From an uncultured Spirochaetota bacterium (GTDB lineage Bacteria > Spirochaetota > Spirochaetia > SZUA-6 > Fen-1364), in the NCBI GenBank assembly GCA_963781885.1, contig CAWAHW010000005.1, positions 224,001 to 288,000 of the forward strand: 64,000 nucleotides of DNA, read 5' to 3'. A model generated the notes under the pieces. The model was given only the letters and a program-made list of their open reading frames with translations, was not told where the DNA came from and searched no databases. Within the stretch, counting starts at the first letter, position 1. Every line of letters starts with the position of its first letter. Positions 53,314 through 63,602 of this stretch are shown here, in pieces. Position numbers and translations under genes: made by a program.

Positions 53314-54294
53314 GCTTCCGCACCTCTGTCACCGCCCTTGCGGCGGTATTCATCGTCCTGCTTGCTGCGTTGATCATGGGCGCAGTTTTTACACCGGAGT
53401 CCACGTCGAAAAGGGCGGCTGACGCGGCCCTCTTTCCGGGGCTGCATCCGTCGCTCGTCAGACAGATCGAGATCAGTGACGCAACGACCCGGCTGCTCGT
53501 CACAAAGGCGGCCGGCCAGGATGCCGCCGGGCAATGGCTGGACACTGGACATCGCGGGCGTTCCGTTTCCCGCCTCGCTGGCACGGGCAGACGGCTTTGT
53601 GACTAACATGGCAGCGTTGACGCGCGGCACCCTGGTGACCCGGGATGCCTCCTCCACGGCCTCGCTGGGCCTGGGAACCGGCTCGGGAAAGCGGGTCATC
53701 CTCCATGGCGCAGGCGGCGACGTGCTTGCCGAGCTCCGTGTGGGAAATGCGGCGACAGGCTCGCAGGGCATGTACGTTCAGCCAGCGGGCCGGGCAGAGG
53801 TCTACCTGACGGCAGCATCGCTTTCTTCGGCGCTGACGACGGACCGCACCTATTGGGCCGAGATGCGGATACTGCCGCAGGCCGTCACGGGAGATTCCAT
53901 AATCCGGCTTTCGGTCACGCAGAAGAAGGCTTTTGCCTGGACCGCTACGCGGGAGCCGAATGCGCAGAACGTGAATGTCTGGGTGATCGAAGGGAGGACG
54001 GGCCTCAAGATCCGGCAGGACAAGCTCAACTCGATCGCTTCATCGGTTGCCGGCATCTCAGGAGGCGACTTTCTTCTGAACCGGCAGCTTGCGCCGGACG
54101 CGTCGACCGCGCAGGCGGTCATCGAGGTCACGGGAAGCGACAACAGGTCATACACGCTGCTCTTCGGCGCCCGGCAGGCGGACGCGCGCTATCCCTGCGT
54201 TCTGGTGGGCAGCACGGTATCCTGGCTCGTGCCGGAATGGCGTTTTCAGGAAATCATCACGAGCGAAAAGGCGTTTACGACAGGCTCCCCGTAA
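53310..54294 (+). CDS. DUF4340-like protein (frameshift near 53530)
   Basis: N-terminal TM in ORF 53310..53606; body in ORF 53476..54294; typical partner of Gld-like ABC. Confidence 0.65.
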
Positions 54295-55516
54295 GGGAGG
54301 TGCGGAATCGGGAGGCGTCGGCGCGGAAGCCGATGACCTGGTTGCCGCCTTCACGCGACGCCTTGGCGACCGCGATGTCGGCCTCTTCGCGCAGGACGTT
54401 CTCTTCGATCAGTCTTCCGCCGCGCGAGCTCACCCCGATGGAGACGGTTCGCCGCATCCCCTCTATTTCAGTCTCCGCGGTCTTCTTGCGGAACTCCTCC
54501 AGCACGCGTACGGCAGCGTCCACCTCGGAGTCCGGGAGAACGACGGTGTAGCCGTCATTGCCAGCCTCGAAGATGAGGTCATGGAGCGGGAAAGACTGCT
54601 TCAAGAGGCGCGCGATCTCCGCGGTCACCAGGGGAAGGCGCTGGTCGATGTAGGGCTCATCGATGCGGATGCGCGCCACGGAGATGTCCTGGGCCGACGA
54701 GGAGGCGCGCTCCAGCTCGGCGCTCAGCCGCGGCTCGAGGAACTCCGCCCAGACCAGCCCCGTGCGGGGGGATGTGAGTCCCTGCGCTTTGGGCTCGGAT
54801 GCTTCCTCGACGGCAACCGGCTGCGGACGTCGCAGTGCCGGTTCCACAGGTGCCGGCGAGGGCGTTTCTTCACGCCGCGGCGCAGCCTGCTGCGGCACGG
54901 GCGAGGAGGGGCGCGCGGCGGCGGCCTCAGGCCGTGCCTGTCGGGGGGCGCGGGCGGAGGAATCGTCAGTCTGGACGCTCATGAATATGAGGATGACGAC
55001 GCCGCAGACCAGGAGGAATGCAAGGAAAAGGTACAGGTCGTCGCGGACCACCGGATACAGGTCCTCACGGCCCATGACGACGAAAAGTGCATCCAGCGTC
55101 AGTCCCGCCGCTTCTCCGGGGAGTGGCTCGCTTGCGAGGAAATCGTAGCCGCGGCTCATGTCGTAGGCGGGTGTGCCCCGCCATTCGGGTGTGGGCTCGG
55201 CGGGAACTTTCAGATAGGACCTGCTCCGCGAGACGACGTAAAGCAGACCGTCGGTGGGGGAATGCACGGAGAGGAGCAGGAGCCGCGGCTCGGCGTCGAA
55301 CACGTCCTTCATGTTCCTGGCGAACTCGGGGGTGCCGAAGCCGCCGGTGGAATCCCGCAGGGAAACGGCCTTTGCGACAAGGGCAGGGACCCGCTCCCGG
55401 GCGAGCTCGGCATTGTGCCGCCGCGACTCCTCGATCCGGAAACCCGTGAGCCCGACGATGAAGAGGAAGAAGACGCCGCTCACGATGAGGAAGATCCAAG
55501 AAAAGCGCTTATCCAT
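54275..55516 (-). CDS. Membrane protein with degenerate GGDEF domain
   Basis: Two TMs, Pro-rich linker, SPRTGL, GNDGY at the GGDEF position, TVSIGVS, AD.A...A..EGGN. Confidence 0.75.
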   Translation of the reverse strand: MDKRFSWIFLIVSGVFFLFIVGLTGFRIEESRRHNAELARERVPALVAKAVSLRDSTGGFGTPEFARNMKDVFDAEPRLLLLSVHSPTDGLLYVVSRSRSYLKVPAEPTPEWRGTPAYDMSRGYDFLASEPLPGEAAGLTLDALFVVMGREDLYPVVRDDLYLFLAFLLVCGVVILIFMSVQTDDSSARAPRQARPEAAAARPSSPVPQQAAPRREETPSPAPVEPALRRPQPVAVEEASEPKAQGLTSPRTGLVWAEFLEPRLSAELERASSSAQDISVARIRIDEPYIDQRLPLVTAEIARLLKQSFPLHDLIFEAGNDGYTVVLPDSEVDAAVRVLEEFRKKTAETEIEGMRRTVSIGVSSRGGRLIEENVLREEADIAVAKASREGGNQVIGFRADASRFRTSLTGSLS

Positions 55517-55608
55517 GCTGCTCTCCCCACGCTGTCGGGAGTATACTCTCTTTCACCCCTCCCGGGGAGGTCGGGGGAAGAGAAGACGAGACGGAACCGG
55601 AGGTCAGG

Positions 55609-56436
55609 ATGAGGGTGCGCAGACGTTGCCTTCCCCCGGGGTGGTATCCAGACACCGCGGAGCAGACCCGGCAGGCCATCGACGAGCTGGCGGAAAAGCT
55701 CCCGGCGGATGGCGCGACCGGTGTCGCCGGTGTGGCGCCGCACGCGGGTTGGGAGTTCTCCGGCGGCATTGCGCTGGAGGTTCTGTCACGAATTGCTCGC
55801 GGCATGGACACTATTGTCATTATCGGCGGGCACCTCGGTCCGGCTGACGGAATCCTTTGCGCCTTCGAGGACTCCTTTGAGACGCCCCTCGGTCCGCTTG
55901 CGGCCGATCGGGAGCTGCTGGACGCCCTGGGCCGCGCGGTGAAGCTTTTTGAGGACAGGCACCAGGACAACACGGTGGAGATACAGCTTCCTTTCATCCG
56001 GTACCTTGCCCCCGGCGCGCGTGTTCTGGGCATGCGGGCGCCGCCCTCACCGGAGGCGGAAACGCTGGGAGCGGCGATAGCCGAAGCCGCGGGGGGTCTT
56101 GGCCGCAAGGTCGCCGTGATGGGGTCAACCGACCTCACCCACTACGGGCCCAATTACGGGTTTGCTCCCGCAGGCTCCGGGCAGACCGGTCTTCGCTGGG
56201 TGAAGGACGTCAATGACAAGAGGATCATCGATTGCCTGCTGGCGCTCGACACAGGCCTCGCGCTGGAACGCGCGCTGCGGGAAAGATCGGCCTGTTCCGT
56301 CGGGGGGGCACTGGCGGCAATGGGTTTTGCCCGGTCGCGCGGGGTCCGTCACGGAACGCTCTTGAGCTACGCAACGAGTCAGGACATTCACCCGGAAGAA
56401 TCCTTCGTGGGATACGCCGGCGTGCTCTATTCCTGA
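55609..56436 (+). CDS. amrB: AmmeMemoRadiSam system protein B (MEMO1 family)
   Basis: GWYP, APHAGWEFSG, EIQLPF, STDLTHYG, SFVGYA. Confidence 0.88.
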   Translation: MRVRRRCLPPGWYPDTAEQTRQAIDELAEKLPADGATGVAGVAPHAGWEFSGGIALEVLSRIARGMDTIVIIGGHLGPADGILCAFEDSFETPLGPLAADRELLDALGRAVKLFEDRHQDNTVEIQLPFIRYLAPGARVLGMRAPPSPEAETLGAAIAEAAGGLGRKVAVMGSTDLTHYGPNYGFAPAGSGQTGLRWVKDVNDKRIIDCLLALDTGLALERALRERSACSVGGALAAMGFARSRGVRHGTLLSYATSQDIHPEESFVGYAGVLYS

Positions 56437-58117
56437 GAGCGGGCGGGAAAGGTCGCAAGCGTCCGCCTGACGCGCTCGATCGACCAACGGCGCGCCGCCT
56501 CGACCGACCTGTCGTCCGCAGTCTCCGCGGCCGCAGTCCGCCGCATATTCGCCGCAACCGGCAGGAGGGTCTGCACGATCTCCCGGCTTCCGGTGGAGAG
56601 TGACGACGACCACGCGCCCGGAATGGGCGGAATTTCCCCGAGGCTTTCGAGATCGCGTTCATAGCCTGAGAGTAGCTCCCGGATGTCCACGCTTTGCTTC
56701 GGACCGTTCCACGCGGGGTCACGGCGCGGCATGGAGCCACCCGCAGGCCCGGCGCCGTGGGCGACAGGCAGCGGCAGGCCACGACCTGGTGCCTGCGTCA
56801 CCTCGGCATCCATCGTCTGCAGCATCTCGGCCAAACGGTCCCTGTATGCCGTCATGACGGGCGTCGTGTAGAGCCATCCGACTTTCGATGCAGTCGCTCG
56901 TACTGTCGGAAGCATGCCAGAAGCGCGGCAAACTGGGATTCGATGGGTGAGAGCCTGTCCTGCCGGCAAGCAAAAAAATCGTAGAGATAGGTGCCGCGCG
57001 CATACATCTTGCCGTCAGGGTAGGAATAATCGGCCCCGTAAATGGAAATCTCGCGAGCGCCGAGGGACCGCGCGAGCGACACGGCCGCATGGGTTACGTT
57101 GCCGCCTGACATGTCCAGGCGCGGCAGGGCGAGCCCCCGCGCGCGAAAGTAGGAAAGCAGGGGGTGGGCACTCGCGGCGAACGCCACGCGGCCATGCATG
57201 CGCGCGAGGAGAGGCGGCGAGGCGGCGTCGAGAACGACGAGCGAGTTTTCCGGTACGCCGCGCATGAAATGAAGGTAGCTGTGGTTCTGGCAGTCGATCG
57301 AAACGACGGCGCCCGGGATAATTCCCACGGCGCGCAAGGCGGGAAGCGACGTGTCGGTGGCAATAATAAAGGATTCCTTCTGCCGCGCCGCAATTGCCGG
57401 CAGGGAGTCTTCGAGCGAAGGCCCCGCGGCAGTGACGCACGCGGATTGCACCGCAGGCAGGGGCTCCGGTGTCTCCGGCATGGACGCAAGGTTGCAGAGC
57501 ATGTTGGCCAGCCAGCGCTTGCCGAAATGGGCCTGTACTCCATAATCCGCACGCACGGAGTCGACGGCCCTCTGCACCTCGGCGGCAGCCTTTTGAAAGA
57601 AAGGAGCTTCGATGTCGCACCAGCTTCGCAGGGGAAGGGTGCGCAGGCTCCCCATCAGACCGGGGAGCCAGTCGGAGATGAGCCGGGCCCGGAGAGTGTG
57701 AGAGCCGGGAATCAGCGTGATCCGCGGGTCGCGAAGCACGGCTTCCATCGGGATGCTTGCGAGCAAGGAGCGCATCACGGCCAGGTCCTTTTCCACGATA
57801 AAGATGTGCGAGACATCGGGCCGCGCGAGCAATGCCGAAACGATGAGCCCGGAACCGAGCCCGAAAATAACGACGCACCCGCCCGATGGCAGCGAGGCTG
57901 CCACCCGGCGCGCCTCTTCCTCGGGATCGTAGAGGGAGTGCAGGGGTGCAACGCCGCCTTCCTGGCGTACGACGGAAACGGGCGCGCCCGTTCGGGCACG
58001 TGCGATGCCGATGCGCGGGTCAGGGTCGGAGGCGAGCAGCGCGCGGACGAGGTCGGGTGCACGCGCCCTCAGTGCTTCCAGGTTCGACGCAAGCACGCCC
58101 GCGGAAGCGCTATTCAC
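56427..58117 (-). CDS. DUF115/Maf (MptE-like) family protein (frameshift near 56915)
   Basis: LHSLYDPEEEA, FGLGSG, AAGPSL, ATDT, SIDCQ, GGNVT, GADYSY. Confidence 0.8.
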
Positions 58118-59729
58118 CGAGTGACTTCCGTGCAAGGGCGTCGATGAACCGGCGGCAATTCTCAAGGATTTGCTCCGCCGCGCGCCGCGCGCCGGCATCA
58201 TCGCGCACGCGCAGCCTTTTCCTGCATTCGATCAGGCCGCGAGGCTCGATCATGCAGGGCAGCGCCAGCGCGAGCGGCATCTGGTCGAGCGCAAGCGGCA
58301 TGTTGATTTGCGCCATCAGGGGGCGTGGGTCGGCGAGCACGGTGCGCCATTCGGCGAGGATGCCCTGCACCTTGTTCCTGCGCTGCGGGAGCCGGGGAAA
58401 GTCCACAAGCAGGCGCCAGGGCGCCGCGGATGGGGCTGAGCCGAAACCATGCAGAAGTGTCTTCAGACCGGCACGGTCGAGTGATCGCAGTCCGGGAATC
58501 GGCACGGGGGAGGGAAGGAGCCGGAATATCCTCTGCGATCGGGACGCGGGCATGGCGCCGAACCACCCCGCGTAGGTGCGCATGGCCGGAGTCGCACGGA
58601 CGCCATTTAGTCTCGTGAGAGGTGCGTCGTGGAGCTGGATCGATCTGCCGTACCAGAGGCCGTAGTGGGGATGGCACCGGTCTGCCTGGAGCTGCAGCAG
58701 CCTGTCGAAAGCATTCGGCCGCGCATGCGACCTGATGTCGAGGCTGCACATGTCCAGGCCGCTGATGACGACCGGCGCCCGGGTGAAGGTGAGCGCGAGC
58801 TCCAAGGCCGTCGCGGAAACGGTGCCATGCGGTGGAATGAGAGGGGCGGCGATTCCGGCGGCGCCCAGCAGCGCCCGCTCGTGAAAAACAGGCTCCGCGA
58901 GCAGGAACGTGGGGGTCGTCCCGCCGCGGGAAGGCCGCAGGTCCCATGCCCCGCGCGCGGCGGAGAGGGGCATGGCGATGGGGCAACCGGGCGCGTCGAA
59001 ATGCAGGTGATGCATCGCGTAGTAGCCGGGGTCGGTCATGACGACCAGATCGGGCGCGACGCCGGATGCCTGGAGCGCCGCGCAGGCGGAGGGAAGCGCC
59101 CACACGTCCATCGCGGCGCGCATCTCTCGAATCAGGGGCAGGGCGTCTTCCAGCGTGGGGCCCGACGCGGCGATCAGGACGGGCCTGTCCGCGCCGCACG
59201 GCGCGCCGCCGAGCGGCCGTTCGATGCCCAGGAAGTTGCAGACGCTGTTGCGCATCCACAGCCTTCCCGCGGATGCAATCGTGGCAAAGCTGCCGCCGAG
59301 CTCCTGCGCGACCTGCCGGACCGCTTCACGCGCTTCCCGTGCCACCTGGGGGAAGAGCTGCGCCGCCGGGGCCCACTCGATGACGCGAAGGCCCTCGGCA
59401 TCCAGCTCGCCCAGTTCCCGGCGGAGAAAATCGATGAGGGGGAGCCCGCTGGCTGGATGCCAGCGGGGAACGCCGGGCGCGGAGGCATCGTGAACTTGCG
59501 TCGAATAAAAAACCCGGATCACCCGCGCCGCGGGACAGGCCGCCTGCGCGGCCTCGCTTACGTAGCCCAGGCCTTCCCCGAGCACGATGACCGTGGCGGG
59601 AGGATCGCCGCCCAGGTTTTCCGCGACGAAACGCGCCGCCTCCTTGCGGGGGTCATAAGGTGAATGGAATGAAACGCCGTCGACCTTCAGCGAGGGCGCA
59701 CCCGATCGCGCGGTGAAGGCCTCGATCAT
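58110..59729 (-). CDS. DUF115/Maf (MptE-like) family protein
   Basis: FHSPYDPRKEA, GEGLGY, ASGPTL, TDPGYY, HGTV, GLDM. Confidence 0.8.
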   Translation of the reverse strand: MIEAFTARSGAPSLKVDGVSFHSPYDPRKEAARFVAENLGGDPPATVIVLGEGLGYVSEAAQAACPAARVIRVFYSTQVHDASAPGVPRWHPASGLPLIDFLRRELGELDAEGLRVIEWAPAAQLFPQVAREAREAVRQVAQELGGSFATIASAGRLWMRNSVCNFLGIERPLGGAPCGADRPVLIAASGPTLEDALPLIREMRAAMDVWALPSACAALQASGVAPDLVVMTDPGYYAMHHLHFDAPGCPIAMPLSAARGAWDLRPSRGGTTPTFLLAEPVFHERALLGAAGIAAPLIPPHGTVSATALELALTFTRAPVVISGLDMCSLDIRSHARPNAFDRLLQLQADRCHPHYGLWYGRSIQLHDAPLTRLNGVRATPAMRTYAGWFGAMPASRSQRIFRLLPSPVPIPGLRSLDRAGLKTLLHGFGSAPSAAPWRLLVDFPRLPQRRNKVQGILAEWRTVLADPRPLMAQINMPLALDQMPLALALPCMIEPRGLIECRKRLRVRDDAGARRAAEQILENCRRFIDALARKSLGE

Positions 59730-59735
59730 GGGCGA

Positions 59736-61073
59736 TCAGCCCGCGAGCGCGTCGAGGATGCCGCGGAGCTCGCCGCCGTCGGCGGGCCATGATGCGGTCT
59801 TCAACACGCGCGGACCGCTCGATTCGCCGTGCGCGCCATTGCCGCCGAAAAGCCCGCGGAGGAAGCCCGCCATCTGGTGGAGGAAAAGATCGAGATCGCG
59901 CTGATCGAAGTCCGGGAGCCCGACGATGAACCTGCCCTGACGGACCGCCGTGATCCTGCCCAGGTCCGCGAGGAAGGACCCGAGGAAATAGGTGATGTCC
60001 TCGTGGAGACGAAAGGGGTCCAGGTGCGGGTGAGCCACGATGACGGCGCGGGAGAAATCCTCCAGCGAGAGGGACACCAGGAGGACGCGCGTCGGCGCGG
60101 TGCCGAGCCCCGAGATGAAACGCGTCATCTCGTTTCCCGGCGTTGTCTCCGCGGCATTCTGCGCGGCCGATACGACGATGCCCGCGTCCGCCATGCGGGA
60201 CGCCCGCGCGGCGTAGATGCGGTTCGCTCCAGCCAGTGCGACCTGCGCAAGGCAGGCAAGCAGCGCCGCATCGTCGGGGAAAGGTGAGGCGAGGTCCGTG
60301 GCGAGCAGAACGGCAATCAGCTTTTCCTCCGCGATGAAAGGCGTGAGGAACATCCTCGAAATGGAGGAAAACTCGCGGGAGGAAAAATACGCCTGGTACG
60401 GGGCAAGGGAAGGGGCGTCGGCGAGAAGGAGCGGCGCTCCGTTGGCCAGCGCATTCCAGCTTTCCGTGGCGCCCAGGGAGATGCGCAGGCGATGCATGGT
60501 GGTCGGATCGTAGCCCCTGCTCGCCCATGGCGCATATGCCACGCGGAGCGGGTCGAAGAGAAGCAGGGCTCCTTTCCCGATTCCCAGGCGTGTCAGAAGC
60601 ATGGAGAAGAGCTGGGACGGCAGCTCGACGCCGTCCGGCAGCGCGCGCAGCGCGGCAAGCATCTCCGCGGTCAGGGCCTGCGGATCTGCCGCGGGCGGAG
60701 CGGCGACCGGAGCCGGGACGGGCCGCGTTTCGCTTTCGGTCTTGAAAGGAAGTGGCGCTTCCGCGAAGTGCTCATCGGCAGGGAGGCCTTCTTCGATTTC
60801 CACGGTCTCTGCGGATGGCCCGCGTGGAAGAAGGGACGCCGGCACAGCCGGCGTCCCTTCCTGCGCAAGGGGAAGTCCCGTCGAAATCCTGTGAAGGAGA
60901 CCCGACCGAGGCTTTTCCCGAATGTCGGCGGCAGCCTGCGCATCATCGGGCACGGTGACCGGCTGAACGTCGGCGGCCGCGGCGGAGACTGAAGATGGTG
61001 TCTCGTCTCTGGTGGCGGCATGAATGCCACCGGGTACGGTGGCGGCGTGGGCCGCCTTCCGCAGAAGGCCCAT
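59736..61073 (-). CDS. Hypothetical protein (disordered N-terminus, GAF-like core)
   Basis: Long ORF coupled to neighbours; GALLLFD..YAPWASRGYD.TT.HRLRI segment. Confidence 0.6.
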   Translation of the reverse strand: MGLLRKAAHAATVPGGIHAATRDETPSSVSAAAADVQPVTVPDDAQAAADIREKPRSGLLHRISTGLPLAQEGTPAVPASLLPRGPSAETVEIEEGLPADEHFAEAPLPFKTESETRPVPAPVAAPPAADPQALTAEMLAALRALPDGVELPSQLFSMLLTRLGIGKGALLLFDPLRVAYAPWASRGYDPTTMHRLRISLGATESWNALANGAPLLLADAPSLAPYQAYFSSREFSSISRMFLTPFIAEEKLIAVLLATDLASPFPDDAALLACLAQVALAGANRIYAARASRMADAGIVVSAAQNAAETTPGNEMTRFISGLGTAPTRVLLVSLSLEDFSRAVIVAHPHLDPFRLHEDITYFLGSFLADLGRITAVRQGRFIVGLPDFDQRDLDLFLHQMAGFLRGLFGGNGAHGESSGPRVLKTASWPADGGELRGILDALAG

Positions 61074-62951
61074 TTACTCGCCTAGTCCCAGGTCCTCGAA
61101 GAGCTTCTTGTACATCACGAAGTAGTCGGAGCTCGCGAACTCCTGGATTTTTTCATCGGGCAGGGCTTCAAGAAGGTGATCCATATACTTCAGCACCGTG
61201 CGAATTTCGTCTTTCAGGTTGTCGGGGATGCTCGTTGCCTCTTCGGCAGGGGCGGCCGCCGCGGCGGGCTTGCCCGCCGGTGCAGGGGACTCGCCGAGCT
61301 CTTCGAGCTCCGGGATGAGCTCCTGCATCTCCTCCGCCTCTTCGGCAGATTCCTGCAGATTCGCCTCATCCTTTGCGAGATCGGATTCGAACTCTATCTC
61401 GATCTCCTTCTCCGCTGCAGGCGCCTCGGTGCCCTCGTCCGGTGGCGATTCGAGCTCGCCGATCTCAAGGTCGTCGATGACCGGCGCGACAGGGACCTCG
61501 TCGTTCAATTCCTCCGCTTCGGCGGCTAGCGCCTCCAGGTCGACATCGGCGGCGAGGTCGACGCTTTCATCGGCCTTGTCCTCCGCGGCGGTGACATCTT
61601 CCAGGGGCTCGACGTCCGTCTCCTCTTCCGTGAGCGTCTCCAGCTCATCGACCTGCTCGGGGACCGCGTCGATGACGGTCGGCTCCTCGCCCAGATCGAG
61701 CGTTTCAAGGTCGATGGTTTCGCTCCCTTCGTCGTCCAGCGGCGACGAGGCGGGCGCGATGCTTTCCACCGCGGCAGGCTCCGTTTCGATTTCTGGTATT
61801 CCTTCCAGGTCGAGCTCCGGCAGGCCTTCCGTGCCCAATTCCGCGCCGGACGCGGCAGGCTCGGCTGCAAGCTCATCCAGCACGAGCTCGGAGGGAAGCT
61901 CTTCCAACGCGGGCTCGTCCATCGCGGCAGTGTCCGAGGTTGAAAGGATGTCGTCGTCGGCAAGAACGAGGGTATCGTCGCCCGGGGTATCGGTGCCCGC
62001 CGTCTCGTCGCCCAGCTCGAGGTCCAGGGCTTCAGGCACGGACGCGGCTGCTTCCGGGGCAGGGGTTTCGTAGCTCAGGATGTCTTCCTGCGGGTTCTGA
62101 TCCGCGCTCACGGTCTCATCCGGGGCAAGATCGAGATCCTCACCCAGCGTGGGAACCTCGGCCGCTTCTTCCGTGATCTCCGCCGTATTGAGGATGTTGT
62201 CCAGCTCGTCGCCCGTCAAGGCGATCGTCTCGTCCTCATCCTCGTCGAAGAATCCGCCCTGCGCTTCGGCGCTCACGGGAGCTTCTTCGTCGGCCGCACC
62301 CGCGGTCTTGCGCAGGCCGGAAAGCTCCGTGCGGAGCTGCGTGAGGTCCGTGCGGATGGAGCGGAGCTCTTCCTCGATGCGGGAAAGTATTTCCGCCGAG
62401 GATGACGAGGCGGCGCGGTGCTTGGTGGTGACGGAGGCAAGCTCGCTCTCCAGCGCCTCCAGATCGCCGAACTTGTCCTGCTCGGTGCCATTCTCGGACA
62501 GGGTGACCTCGATCTCGGTGCCTTCCGCGCCGGAGGAACGGGCGGCTTCGCTGTCTTCCTCGAGCTCGGGAAGCTCCTCGTCGGTGGGCTGTCCCAGGGC
62601 GATGTCGGAAACCACCGTGCCCTCCGTCACCGATTCGATGTCGGGAAGCTCGGACTCCGACAGGAGCGGCTCTTCCTCGGGGACAAGGACGTTTTCAGAC
62701 GCCGCCTCGGGATCGAGCTCGGTCTCCAGCTCGTCCAGCAGCTTCTCTTCTTCCGCGGTGAGCTCGCTGTCTTCAGGGGCGACAGCGGCAACGGCCGCCG
62801 CGGAAGGGCGGGAGCCGTCGAGGTCGGAAAGCTCGAAGGAATCCTCAAGCGCAGGTGCTGCGGCGACTGCGCGTGGTTTCACCTTCACCCAGACGCCGTA
62901 CTGTTCCAGCTTCTTTTCGCTCTCGGGGCTTCCCTGCTTTTCCCTTGCCAT
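61074..62951 (-). CDS. Very acidic, low-complexity hypothetical protein
   Basis: E/D-rich 625 aa; ordered islands LEQYGVWVK, a coiled coil, GGFF..DEDETIALTGDELDNIL, and a C-terminal helical bundle. Confidence 0.75.
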   Translation of the reverse strand: MAREKQGSPESEKKLEQYGVWVKVKPRAVAAAPALEDSFELSDLDGSRPSAAAVAAVAPEDSELTAEEEKLLDELETELDPEAASENVLVPEEEPLLSESELPDIESVTEGTVVSDIALGQPTDEELPELEEDSEAARSSGAEGTEIEVTLSENGTEQDKFGDLEALESELASVTTKHRAASSSSAEILSRIEEELRSIRTDLTQLRTELSGLRKTAGAADEEAPVSAEAQGGFFDEDEDETIALTGDELDNILNTAEITEEAAEVPTLGEDLDLAPDETVSADQNPQEDILSYETPAPEAAASVPEALDLELGDETAGTDTPGDDTLVLADDDILSTSDTAAMDEPALEELPSELVLDELAAEPAASGAELGTEGLPELDLEGIPEIETEPAAVESIAPASSPLDDEGSETIDLETLDLGEEPTVIDAVPEQVDELETLTEEETDVEPLEDVTAAEDKADESVDLAADVDLEALAAEAEELNDEVPVAPVIDDLEIGELESPPDEGTEAPAAEKEIEIEFESDLAKDEANLQESAEEAEEMQELIPELEELGESPAPAGKPAAAAAPAEEATSIPDNLKDEIRTVLKYMDHLLEALPDEKIQEFASSDYFVMYKKLFEDLGLGE

Positions 62952-63155
62952 TCCTGTCTCCTGAGGATGCGTTTGTCGCCATCCCCATTATCGGCGAAAC
63001 GTCCCCATAATTCCATCGATTCCCAAACAACAGTTTACGCCGGCGATTTTCAGGTTGTCAATTGGATGCCGGGGTCTGTTCGGTGCCGCCAGGACCTGAC
63101 GGGGCCGTTTCCACTCATTATTACGCCAGGGCCCGCCGTTATCAAAAGAGAACAC

Positions 63156-63602
63156 ATGCGGCGACTCCTGCCCCTGCTCATCGTCCTCTTCATCATCGCG
63201 TCCCTGGCGATATTCCTGTTCGGGGACTCTGGTCTCATCGCCTATGCGCGTCGCGAGCATTACCGGGAGAACCTTGCCGCGAATGTCAGCGCGCTTGCCG
63301 CGCGCCACCAGGCTCTGGAGGCGGAGCTTGCGCAGCTGAAGACGAACAGGGATACCACAATCGCCCTTGCGCGCGGGCTGGGGCTGTACGCGACGGACGA
63401 CAAGATCGTACAGCTCGAAGGCAGGGTGGCGAAGAGCGAGGTCTACGCGATGGGAGATCTCCTCAAGATGAACGATTCCGACGGCAATCGCAGCTCCATT
63501 TTCAAGCTGGCCGCCTTCATCGCCGCGGCGCTCCTCATCCTGGCGGCGTTCATTTCCGCGCGCGCACCCCGCAGGAGGGCGCTTGGTCATCACGACAGAT
63601 AG
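63156..63602 (+). CDS. Septum formation initiator FtsB/DivIC family
   Basis: TM, FGDSGL, coiled coil, ARGLGL. Confidence 0.75.
   Translation: MRRLLPLLIVLFIIASLAIFLFGDSGLIAYARREHYRENLAANVSALAARHQALEAELAQLKTNRDTTIALARGLGLYATDDKIVQLEGRVAKSEVYAMGDLLKMNDSDGNRSSIFKLAAFIAAALLILAAFISARAPRRRALGHHDR

Noticed and set aside
50025-54294. Gliding motility system
   Set aside because: GldA/F/G-like ABC modules are widespread outside gliding bacteria; no T9SS genes here
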